The notes beneath the pieces are model-generated. The model ran no database searches. It saw only the letters and a list, made by a program, of their open reading frames with translations, and was not told the DNA's origin. Of a stretch of 44,950 nt of DNA, positions 9,401 through 17,912 are shown piece by piece. Within the stretch, counting starts at the first letter, position 1. Each line of letters starts with the position of its first letter. Both the position numbers and the translations under genes were made by a program. Source of the DNA: a candidate division WOR-3 bacterium (GTDB lineage Bacteria; Hydrothermota; Tepidihabitantia; Tepidihabitantales; DTDR01); NCBI GenBank assembly GCA_039801885.1, contig JBDRVN010000008.1, forward strand, positions 1 through 44,950, read 5' to 3'.

Positions 9401-10251
9401 AAAATTTTTCTCTTATTTTAGTAAACTATAACACTACTAAATATCTTTTAAACCTGATTAATTTTTTAAAAGAAAAAGATTACCAAATTATTGTTATTGA
9501 TAACAATTCCGAGGAGGAATTGCCAACGGAATATTTTAAAAATAATAATATCCTTTTAATAAAGTTAAAAAAGAATTATGGTTATGCCAAAGCAATAAAT
9601 ATTGGTTTGAAATATGCTGTTGGTGAATATATTGGAATTGCCAATCCTGATATTGCTTTTAACAATAACGAAATTGAAGAACTTATTTTCTATTTAGAAA
9701 AAAATCCTAATTGGGGATGTATTGCTCCTTTATTTATTAACGAAAGAAAAGAGGTCTTACCTTCGGCACGTTCCTTTCCCAAAATTTCCCATCTTTTCTT
9801 TGGTTACCGTTCCATCCTTTATAAAATTTTTAGGTCTAACCCCTATTCTTTTCAATTTTTAAATTTAGCGAAATATCAAATGGAAAAACCAATAGAAGTT
9901 GATTCAGTGATTGGCACTTTCATTATATTTAGAAAAAAAGCCTTAGATAGTATTGGCACCTTTGATGAAAATTTTTTTCTCTTTGCCGAAGATTTAGACA
10001 TCTGTAAAAGATTAGGAGAAAAGAATTGGAAGGTTATTTTGTATCCAAAAATAAAAGTGGTTCATTATTTGGGAAAAGCAAGAAGTAAAAATTTTATCAG
10101 ATCCGAACGAGAAAGATTTAGGTCTTTTTACTATTTCTTTAGAAAGTATTACTCAAAAAAAATGCTATTAGATTGGCTTTTTTCTTTTGCCTTAATATTA
10201 TTGTATTTTCAAATAATTTTTTTGAATGATACGAAAATAAAACTGTTTTAG
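9397..10251 (+). CDS. Glycosyltransferase family 2 (WbbL/RfbF-like)
   Basis: ILVNYN, IDNNS, NYGYAKAINIG, NPD, FDENFFLFAEDLD. Confidence 0.9.
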   Translation: MKNFSLILVNYNTTKYLLNLINFLKEKDYQIIVIDNNSEEELPTEYFKNNNILLIKLKKNYGYAKAINIGLKYAVGEYIGIANPDIAFNNNEIEELIFYLEKNPNWGCIAPLFINERKEVLPSARSFPKISHLFFGYRSILYKIFRSNPYSFQFLNLAKYQMEKPIEVDSVIGTFIIFRKKALDSIGTFDENFFLFAEDLDICKRLGEKNWKVILYPKIKVVHYLGKARSKNFIRSERERFRSFYYFFRKYYSKKMLLDWLFSFALILLYFQIIFLNDTKIKLF

Positions 10252-10255
10252 AATT

Positions 10256-12355
10256 ATGATTTTTCTTTTTTATTTTGGTTTAATAAATAGTTTCATTACT
10301 AATTATACTCTCTTTAAAGGAATTACAAGAATGGGCGATAACTTCTATCTTTGTGGCGAAGGCGGTTTAGTTATAACTGATAAAGATTTCCGAGTTAAAA
10401 AATATTATTCCTATTTCGATGGCCTCACTTCCAATTATTTACAAGATCTATTTTTTGATAGAGACTCTAATCTCTGGATTGGTACAAAATACGGTGGTCT
10501 TATCTATTTTGATTTAAAGAAAGAAAAATTCTTTTCTTATCCAAAAGAGAAAATACCTTATTCTATCAATATTAATCAATTAGTTATTGAAAAGGATACT
10601 ATTTTTCTGGCAACCGACCAAGGCTTTTATCTGATTGATACTAAAGGAACTTTTGATAATTTTAATGACGACAGAATAATTAAAATTGAATATCCCCAAA
10701 TTCCTACGAACAATCTTTTTTGTGTTAAAGTTTTTGATGATATTTATCTTGGCACTAATCGGGGAGTTTCTAAAATAAAAAGAGATTTATCAGAAATTGA
10801 AAACTACCAAAAACCTTTAGGTGACACAGTAAAATCAATAATCAAAGTAAGAGATACCATTTTTGTATTAACCGAATTAGGCATTGCTTATTTGGATAGC
10901 AATCTTTTTATGCCCTATTTTCGTTTTTCAAATCCAGTGATAGTTTATGACTTTATCTTTTATCAAAATTCTTTTTATATTGGTGCCAAAACAGGATTCT
11001 TTTCTTTAAAAAACAACCTTTTGGATACTCTTTTACCTGCAAAAACTGTTCGATTTTATTTAGATAAAACTAAACTTTTAGCAATCTATCGGGGATTTTA
11101 CGATGAGGGAATTGGTTGCCTTTATCGCATAAAAGGTACTTCAAAAACAAGCTTTTTCTTTTCTACCATCTATTCCAAAACCATCTTCAATGCGGTTTGG
11201 GATAAAAATGGTAATTTATATTTGACCCATTTTTTAACCTATCCGGGCAACTCCACAATAAGTATAATTAAATCAGATAACACAATTGCTTGGTTAGTTG
11301 ATTCTCTAATTCACCCCAATTTTTTAGTCTGCGATTCAAAAAACCGAATTTGGATTGGGCATTGGGCAGAAATTGGTGGTTTGTCTTGCTTTTATCCCAA
11401 AGAAAATATGCTTAAAACTTACCAATGGGGAACAGCGAGCAAAAAAAATGTAATTGCTGGCTTAGGATTAGATATTTATGATAATCTCTGGATTAGAAAC
11501 GGAGAAAATATTATTGTTTTAGATTCATTGGGAAATTCTTACGAATTTAATCATCCCCTTGTTGTTGGTAATGTAAATCCTCCCCCTTATCCATCCTTTA
11601 CTTTTGACAAAAAAAACCAAGTATATCTTGGAACCTTAAACGGCCTACTTTTAATTGACCATAAAAATACCTTGAACAACTTTTCTGACGATGAAATTAA
11701 GATTATTAATGCCGGACTTTTATCACCAGTTATTAACTCCTGCTGTTGCGATAAAAAAGGTAGAATTTGGGTAGCCACTTCCAAGGGAGCGGGATTTTTA
11801 AAAGAGAATTTAACCTTTGAAATCTTCACAACCCAAAACAGTGGTATTCTTGCTGATGAAGTGTATTTTGTAAATTGTGATAAATATAACCGAATTTGGT
11901 TTTTAACAAAAGAAGGAATTTCTATCTATTATCCCGAAAAGAAAAAATGGCAAAACTTTAACCAATACTTCTTACCCAATTGGGAGAAAAAAAATAATTT
12001 TTATCATTCTCTTTATATCAATGATTATTTTGGTGAAGTATTAATTGCCACCGAGGATGGTTTAATAAGGTTTTCTTATCCGGCAGAGCCAATTACTTCC
12101 GAAATAAAAATTGCTCCTAACCCGGTAATTAAAAATCAAAAAGAAGTTTCATTAAAAATTAAAAATGTAAAGGAAAATGCCCAATTAAAAATTTATAATT
12201 TCTTTGGTAAACTCATGGCTGATAACAAAGATTTTAGAAGAGAAAAAGAAGAATTTATTATTACTATTAATGGAAATTTTAAGCCCGGTTTATACTTTTT
12301 ATTAATTGAAACAGATGAAGAAAAGGTGTTTGAAAAATTTGTTATTCTTGAATAA
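10256..12355 (+). CDS. PorZ-like beta-propeller protein with C-terminal sorting domain
   Basis: Reg_prop repeats (GLTSNY..D.DSNLWIGT.GGL), GTFDNFNDD / TLNNFSDD motifs, C-terminal IAPNPV...KIYNFFGKL...PGLYF. Confidence 0.7.
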   Translation: MIFLFYFGLINSFITNYTLFKGITRMGDNFYLCGEGGLVITDKDFRVKKYYSYFDGLTSNYLQDLFFDRDSNLWIGTKYGGLIYFDLKKEKFFSYPKEKIPYSININQLVIEKDTIFLATDQGFYLIDTKGTFDNFNDDRIIKIEYPQIPTNNLFCVKVFDDIYLGTNRGVSKIKRDLSEIENYQKPLGDTVKSIIKVRDTIFVLTELGIAYLDSNLFMPYFRFSNPVIVYDFIFYQNSFYIGAKTGFFSLKNNLLDTLLPAKTVRFYLDKTKLLAIYRGFYDEGIGCLYRIKGTSKTSFFFSTIYSKTIFNAVWDKNGNLYLTHFLTYPGNSTISIIKSDNTIAWLVDSLIHPNFLVCDSKNRIWIGHWAEIGGLSCFYPKENMLKTYQWGTASKKNVIAGLGLDIYDNLWIRNGENIIVLDSLGNSYEFNHPLVVGNVNPPPYPSFTFDKKNQVYLGTLNGLLLIDHKNTLNNFSDDEIKIINAGLLSPVINSCCCDKKGRIWVATSKGAGFLKENLTFEIFTTQNSGILADEVYFVNCDKYNRIWFLTKEGISIYYPEKKKWQNFNQYFLPNWEKKNNFYHSLYINDYFGEVLIATEDGLIRFSYPAEPITSEIKIAPNPVIKNQKEVSLKIKNVKENAQLKIYNFFGKLMADNKDFRREKEEFIITINGNFKPGLYFLLIETDEEKVFEKFVILE

Positions 12356-12376
12356 GAAAGATTTTTTATCTATAAT
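12348..12376 (+). promoter_or_regulatory. sigma70 promoter TTGAAT-17-TATAAT, leaderless purE
   Basis: ATG 12383 is 6 nt after the -10; no SD. Confidence 0.7.
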
Positions 12377-12382
12377 TCTCCT

Positions 12383-12850
12383 ATGATTGCAATTATTATT
12401 GGTTCAAAATCCGATTTACCAATAGTGGAAGAAGGGATAAGTATTTTAAAAGAGTTTTCCATTCCTTATGAATTAAAAATTCTTTCTGCCCATCGAACGC
12501 CCGATGAATTAAAAGAGTATGTAATAAATTTAGAAAAGAAAAATTACCAAGTAATAATTGCTATTGCTGGTATGGCTGCCCATTTGCCGGGAGTAATCGC
12601 TGCCCATACTACTTTACCAGTTATTGGAGTTCCTTTACCCACTGGTTCCTTACAAGGACTAGACTCCTTACTTTCTATTGTCCAAATGCCAATCGGTGTT
12701 CCAGTAGCAACAATGGCGATTGGCAAAACAGGAATTACCAATGCCTGTCTTTATGCTTTAAGAATTTTATCACTGATAGATCCAACAATAAAAGAAAAAT
12801 TAGAGAAATATAAAAAAGAAATGAAAGAAAAGATTTTAAAGGAAGAATGA
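12383..12850 (+). CDS. purE: N5-CAIR mutase
   Basis: GSKSD, SAHRTP, AGMAAHLPG, PVIGVP, SIVQMP.GVPVAT. Confidence 0.97.
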   Translation: MIAIIIGSKSDLPIVEEGISILKEFSIPYELKILSAHRTPDELKEYVINLEKKNYQVIIAIAGMAAHLPGVIAAHTTLPVIGVPLPTGSLQGLDSLLSIVQMPIGVPVATMAIGKTGITNACLYALRILSLIDPTIKEKLEKYKKEMKEKILKEE

Positions 12851-12851
12851 T

Positions 12852-13502
12852 ATGAAAAAATTAATCATTCTCAATTTAATTTTTTTGATTTCCCTTTTTG
12901 GTGAGAAAGGAGGAAAAATGAAATTGCCTAAACCGAGATATAAAAGCGAAGTGAGTGTGGAAGAGGCATTATTGAAAAGAAGATCGGTAAGAAGTTATAA
13001 AAAATCACCCTTAACCTTAGAAGAGGTTTCTCAATTATTATGGGCGGCTTATGGAATTACTACCGACTGGGGAGGAAAAACTTGTCCTTCCGCTGGCGCT
13101 ACCTATCCTTTGGTTATCTATTTAGTGGTTGGGGAAGTAAAAGATTTAAAACCCGGTGTTTATCAATATCTTCCCGAAGAACACAGTATAAAATTAGTTT
13201 CAGAAAAAGATGTAAGAAAGGAATTAACAGAAGCTGCTTGGCAACAGGAATATATTTCAAATGCGCCAATCAATATTATTATTGCTGCTAATTACGAAAG
13301 AACCACTTCTCATTATGGCGAAAGAGGAATTAGATATGTCCATATGGAGGTTGGCCATTGCGGGCAGAATATCCATCTCCAATGCGAAACGATGGGATTA
13401 GGGACAGTCGTAATTGGTGCTTTTAATGATAAAGAAGTGAAAAAAATTTTAAAGATAAAAGAAGAGGTCCTTTATATAATGCCCGTAGGCAGAAAGAAGT
13501 GA
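12852..13502 (+). CDS. SagB/ThcOx-family nitroreductase-like protein (signal peptide; alternative start 12918)
   Basis: SVEEALLKRRSVR, SQLLWAA, PSAGATYPL, RYVHMEVGH.GQN, IGAF.D. Confidence 0.9.
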   Translation: MKKLIILNLIFLISLFGEKGGKMKLPKPRYKSEVSVEEALLKRRSVRSYKKSPLTLEEVSQLLWAAYGITTDWGGKTCPSAGATYPLVIYLVVGEVKDLKPGVYQYLPEEHSIKLVSEKDVRKELTEAAWQQEYISNAPINIIIAANYERTTSHYGERGIRYVHMEVGHCGQNIHLQCETMGLGTVVIGAFNDKEVKKILKIKEEVLYIMPVGRKK

Positions 13503-14512
13503 AACTAAATGAATTTGACTATTACCTACCAAAAGAGTTAATTGCCCAAGAGCCTCCCCCAAAAAGAGGATTTTCCCGTTTATTACTTGTTGATAGAAAA
13601 AAAAGAAGTCTTCAAGAAAAAAGATTTAATGAAATTATTGAATTTCTTAATTCTGGTGATTTAATTATCTTTAATAATACCAAAGTTATTAAAGCCCGAA
13701 TTTATGGTAAATTACCTAACAAAAAGGAAGGAGAAATCCTTTTATTAAGAAAAATCGGCGAAAATCTTTGGGAAGCCCTTACCCGACCGGCAAAAAAAAT
13801 GAAAGAAGGAACAATTTTAAAGGTTAATAATAACGAAATAAAAATCTTAGAAAGAAAAAAAGAAGGAATTAGAATTGTTCAATTTTTAAATAACTCTGAT
13901 AAAGAAGTTATTGAAAAGTATGGTAATATTCCTTTACCACCTTATATAAAAAATCCTAATATAAAAGATGAAAATTACCAAACAATCTTTGCTACAAAAG
14001 AAGGAGCAGTTGCCGCTCCGACAGCCGGTTTTCATTTTACTAACGAGTTGATTGAAGAAATCAAAAAGAAAGGAGTTAGAATTGGTTTTTTGACACTCCA
14101 TTGTAGTTTAGGAACCTTCCGACCAATAAGAACCGAAAATATTGAAGACCATCAAATGTATTACGAAGATTACGAAATTACCGAGGATTTAATAAAAATA
14201 GTTGAGGAAACTAAGAAGGAGAAAAAAAGAGTGATTGCCTGCGGAACAACGGTGGTGCGCGTGCTCGAAAGTCAGATGAAAGAATTTGGTAAACTTATTT
14301 CCGGATATTATACTACTAATCTCTTTATCTATCCACCCTTCAAAATCCAACTTGTCGATGCCTTAATTACCAATTTCCATTTGCCAAAATCTACTCTCCT
14401 CCTTTTGGTCTGTGCTTTTGCTGACAAAGAATTAATTTTTCAAGCCTATCAATATGCCATCGAAAGAAAATTTTATTTTTACTCTTTTGGCGATGCAATG
14501 TTTATAATATAA
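13499..14512 (+). CDS. queA: S-adenosylmethionine:tRNA ribosyltransferase-isomerase
   Basis: FDYYLPKELIAQ, PLPPYI, AAPTAG.HF, TNFHLPKS, FYSFGDAM. Confidence 0.97.
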   Translation: MKLNEFDYYLPKELIAQEPPPKRGFSRLLLVDRKKRSLQEKRFNEIIEFLNSGDLIIFNNTKVIKARIYGKLPNKKEGEILLLRKIGENLWEALTRPAKKMKEGTILKVNNNEIKILERKKEGIRIVQFLNNSDKEVIEKYGNIPLPPYIKNPNIKDENYQTIFATKEGAVAAPTAGFHFTNELIEEIKKKGVRIGFLTLHCSLGTFRPIRTENIEDHQMYYEDYEITEDLIKIVEETKKEKKRVIACGTTVVRVLESQMKEFGKLISGYYTTNLFIYPPFKIQLVDALITNFHLPKSTLLLLVCAFADKELIFQAYQYAIERKFYFYSFGDAMFII

Positions 14513-14513
14513 A

Positions 14514-15893
14514 ATGCTCAAAATTTCCGAAATTCTAAAAGCAACAAGAGGCGAAGTTTTAAACAGCTTTTCCGATTTTTTAATAACCGGCATAAGTATT
14601 GATTCCCGAAAGGTTAAAGAAGGCGAATTGTTTATTGCAATTAAAGGAAATAATTTTGATGGCCACGATTTTATTAAGGAAGCGATTGAAAAGGGAGTGA
14701 AAGCAATAATTTTTGATAATCCTTCTAAAATAAGGGATTTTAAAAATATTTGTTTAATAAAAGTTTTTAATAGCCGAAGTGCTTTGGGAGAAATAGCTAA
14801 ATATTATCGCTCTCTTTTTAACTGCCAAACAATTGCCATAACCGGTAGTAACGGAAAAACAACGGTAAAAGAATTAACCGCTTTTTTATTAGCAAAAAAA
14901 TATAAAGTAGTAAAAGCAAAAGAAAGTTATAATAATGATATCGGAGTGCCTTTAACAATTTTTCATTTAGAGAAAGATACCCAATTTCTTGTTTTAGAAA
15001 TGGAAATGAACCAATTGGGTGGAATAAGAACCCTTTGCGAGATTGCCAACCCCGATATGGGAATAATCACCAATATTGGCGATACTCATTTAGAATTTCT
15101 AAAAGATCGAAAGGGCGTAGCAAAAGAAAAAAGCGAACTTTTAGAATATCTTACTCCCAAAGGTATCGCTATTCTCAATAACGACGACCCGATGATAAAA
15201 GAAATGAGTAAAAATTTTTCATTAAAAAAAATCTTCTTCGGCATCAAAAACAAGAATTGCGAAATCTTTGCCACTCCCTTAGAATTAAATAAAGAGAAAA
15301 CAAAAATTCTTCTTTTTGATAAAATCGAAATTGAATTTCCTTTAATCGGTATTCATAATATTTACAATTTTTTAGCAAGCCTGAGTGTGATTAAAGCTCT
15401 AAATTTAGATATCTATCAATTTCTTGATATAAAAGATTTTCAACCACCACCTTTAAGAACTAACCTCTACCAATTTAAAAATATAATCGTCCTCCTCGAT
15501 TGTTATAATGCCAACCCTTCTTCTATGGAAAATATTTTAGAAACTTTAAGAACAATTTTTAGAGAAAAGAGAAAAATTGGTGTTTTAGGCGATATGAAGG
15601 AACTGGGAGAAAAAAGCGCAGAGTTCCATTATCAATTAGGAGAAAAGGCCGGTATGATTTTCGATAAATTATTTTTCTACGGTGATTACGGAGAAAAAGT
15701 AAAAGAAGGATTTCTTCACAAAAACAGAAAAGAAGAAGATTTTTATTACTTCTCTTCTAAAGATAAATTAGTAACAAAATTGATTGAAATTTTAAAAGAA
15801 GGTGATATAATTTTAATTAAAGGTTCAAGGATTTTAAAAATGGAAGAAATATTTCATAAATTAAAAGAGTATTATGGAGAAAAAGAAGATTAA
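14514..15893 (+). CDS. murF: UDP-MurNAc-tripeptide--D-Ala-D-Ala ligase
   Basis: [48 protein letters not shown]. Confidence 0.95.
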   Translation: MLKISEILKATRGEVLNSFSDFLITGISIDSRKVKEGELFIAIKGNNFDGHDFIKEAIEKGVKAIIFDNPSKIRDFKNICLIKVFNSRSALGEIAKYYRSLFNCQTIAITGSNGKTTVKELTAFLLAKKYKVVKAKESYNNDIGVPLTIFHLEKDTQFLVLEMEMNQLGGIRTLCEIANPDMGIITNIGDTHLEFLKDRKGVAKEKSELLEYLTPKGIAILNNDDPMIKEMSKNFSLKKIFFGIKNKNCEIFATPLELNKEKTKILLFDKIEIEFPLIGIHNIYNFLASLSVIKALNLDIYQFLDIKDFQPPPLRTNLYQFKNIIVLLDCYNANPSSMENILETLRTIFREKRKIGVLGDMKELGEKSAEFHYQLGEKAGMIFDKLFFYGDYGEKVKEGFLHKNRKEEDFYYFSSKDKLVTKLIEILKEGDIILIKGSRILKMEEIFHKLKEYYGEKED

Positions 15894-17745
15894 AATAACG
15901 GACACAACCCTCAGAGATGCTCACCAATCCCTTTGGGCAACCCGAATGAGTATCGATGATTTTAGTGAAATCTTACCAAAATTTGATGAGGTAGGATATT
16001 ATTCTTTAGAAATGTGGGGCGGCGCCACCTTTGATGTTTGCATTCGTTACCTTTTTGAAGACCCCTGGGAAAGACTTTCCTTTATCAGAAAACAGATTAG
16101 AAAAACAAAACTCCAAATGCTTTTAAGAGGTCAAAATATTGTCGGCTATAAAAATTATCCGGACGATTTGCTTATTGCTTTTATTGAAAAAGCAAGCGAA
16201 CGCGGAATAGATATTTTTCGAGTTTTTGACGCTTTGAATGACACCAGAAATTTATCAAAAGCAATTGAGACCATTAAGAAATTAAATAAACATTGTCAAG
16301 GTACTATCTGCTACACAATTTCGCCGGTGCACACAATTGAATATTATGTTAAAAAGGCAAAGGAACAAAGAGAATTAGGAATCGACAGTCTCTGTATAAA
16401 GGATATGGCGGGAATTATTTCTCCCAAGGTGGCTTATGAATTAATAAAGGCATTAAAAGAAGAACTCAAATTACCTATTCAACTTCATACCCATTCTTCC
16501 TCAGGAATGGCCGTGGCTTCTTATTTAAAAGCAATTGAAGCCGGTGTGGATATCATTGATACTGCTCATGCTCCTTTGGCTTTTGGAACTTCTCAACCAG
16601 CGATTGAAACAATGCTTTATATTTTTGAAGATTATCAAATTGAAATCAACCTTAACAAAAAAGCAATTGAAGAAATTTCTGAACATTTTGAGAAAATAAG
16701 AAAAGAAAAAGATATTAAATATGAGAAATTGGTGGATGACGAAGTACTTATCCACCAAATTCCAGGTGGAATGACTTCTAATCTCTATTCTCAACTGAAA
16801 GAAATGAAGGCTGAAGAAAAATTACCGGAGGTATTAAAAGAAGTTCCTTTAGTGAGAAAAGATTTGGGTTATCCACCTTTAGTGACGCCAACCAGCCAAA
16901 TTGTTGGCGCACAATCGGTTTTCAATGTTCTTAATGGTGAGAGATACAAAATTATTCCTAAAGAAGTAAAAGATTATGTAAAAGGACTTTATGGCGCTCC
17001 ACCGGTACCAATTAAAGAAAAACTGGTTAAAAAGATTTTGGGAAATGAAAAACCAATTAATCACCGGCCGGCTGACTTATTATCGCCAATCTTAAATAGG
17101 GTAAAAAAAGAACTTTCGCAAGACCTGATTGAAAAAGAAGAAGATTATATCACTTATGCTCTTTTCCCAGAAATTGCCTTAAAATTTTTTGAAAAAAGGA
17201 AAAATAAAGAAAAATTTAAGGAGGAAAAAATGGAACAAAGATTTTCTGGCGAAAGTAAAAATAGTAAAAAAGATATCAAATATTTAGAAGAACTTTTAAA
17301 TTTACTTTCTAAATTCAAATTTTCTGAGATTAAATTAGATTTAGGAGAATTAAAAATAGAAGTAAAAACTTATTCTACTCCCCAAATTACTTTCCAGCCA
17401 ACTCCTAAATCAATAACTGAAGAAAAAGAAATTATTTCTTTATCTACCGAAAAAACGCTTACCCAAAAAGAAGAAAAATCAACCGTTGTTGAAGAAAAAG
17501 AATATGAAAAAATAACCTCACCAATGGTCGGCACTTTTTATCGCCGACCAAAACCAGATGCTCCGCCTTTCTGTGAAAAAGGCGATGTTGTGGAAAAAGG
17601 TGCTACCCTTTGTATTATTGAAGCAATGAAATTAATGAACGAAATTAAAGCTGAAAAGAAAAGCAAAATTATTGATATTCTTGTTGAAGAAGGTTCTCCC
17701 GTGGAATATGGTCAACCTCTTTTTCTTATTGAAGAAGTTTCTTAA
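15874..17745 (+). CDS. Pyruvate carboxylase subunit B / oxaloacetate decarboxylase alpha-like carboxyltransferase fused to an AccB-type biotin carrier
   Basis: [43 protein letters not shown]-terminal SPMVGTFY...EAMKLMNEI. Confidence 0.92.
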   Translation: MEKKKIKITDTTLRDAHQSLWATRMSIDDFSEILPKFDEVGYYSLEMWGGATFDVCIRYLFEDPWERLSFIRKQIRKTKLQMLLRGQNIVGYKNYPDDLLIAFIEKASERGIDIFRVFDALNDTRNLSKAIETIKKLNKHCQGTICYTISPVHTIEYYVKKAKEQRELGIDSLCIKDMAGIISPKVAYELIKALKEELKLPIQLHTHSSSGMAVASYLKAIEAGVDIIDTAHAPLAFGTSQPAIETMLYIFEDYQIEINLNKKAIEEISEHFEKIRKEKDIKYEKLVDDEVLIHQIPGGMTSNLYSQLKEMKAEEKLPEVLKEVPLVRKDLGYPPLVTPTSQIVGAQSVFNVLNGERYKIIPKEVKDYVKGLYGAPPVPIKEKLVKKILGNEKPINHRPADLLSPILNRVKKELSQDLIEKEEDYITYALFPEIALKFFEKRKNKEKFKEEKMEQRFSGESKNSKKDIKYLEELLNLLSKFKFSEIKLDLGELKIEVKTYSTPQITFQPTPKSITEEKEIISLSTEKTLTQKEEKSTVVEEKEYEKITSPMVGTFYRRPKPDAPPFCEKGDVVEKGATLCIIEAMKLMNEIKAEKKSKIIDILVEEGSPVEYGQPLFLIEEVS

Positions 17746-17770
17746 AAAATTTCTTTAATATTCTTTTTTA

Positions 17771-17798
17771 TTGACAAAACAAATTTTTTTATTAAAAT
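17771..17798 (+). promoter_or_regulatory. sigma70 promoter TTGACA-16-TAAAAT
   Basis: Consensus -35; upstream of AGGAGG and ATG 17821. Confidence 0.7.
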
Positions 17799-17820
17799 AT
17801 AAAGTCAAATAGGAGGAAAT

Positions 17821-17874
17821 ATGGCGTGTGCAAAGAGGCCAGCAAAGAAAAAGACAACAAAGAAAAAGAAGTAA
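17821..17874 (+). CDS. Unannotated 17-aa Lys-rich peptide MACAKRPAKKKTTKKKK
   Basis: AGGAGG at 17811-17816, ATG 17821, TAA 17872-17874; promoter before and hairpin after. Confidence 0.7.
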   Translation: MACAKRPAKKKTTKKKK

Positions 17875-17882
17875 ACTTTTTG

Positions 17883-17912
17883 GGAGCGGACTTTACATCC
17901 GCTCCACTTCTT
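17883..17912 (+). terminator. Hairpin GGAGCGGA-7-TCCGCTCC, weak terminator or attenuator
   Basis: 8-bp stem 17883-17890 / 17898-17905 followed by ACTTCTT (imperfect U-tract). Confidence 0.55.

Noticed and set aside
17826-17912. N-terminal extension of Mfd given by the ORF track
   Set aside because: Overlaps the SD-supported peptide ORF in another frame and the hairpin.
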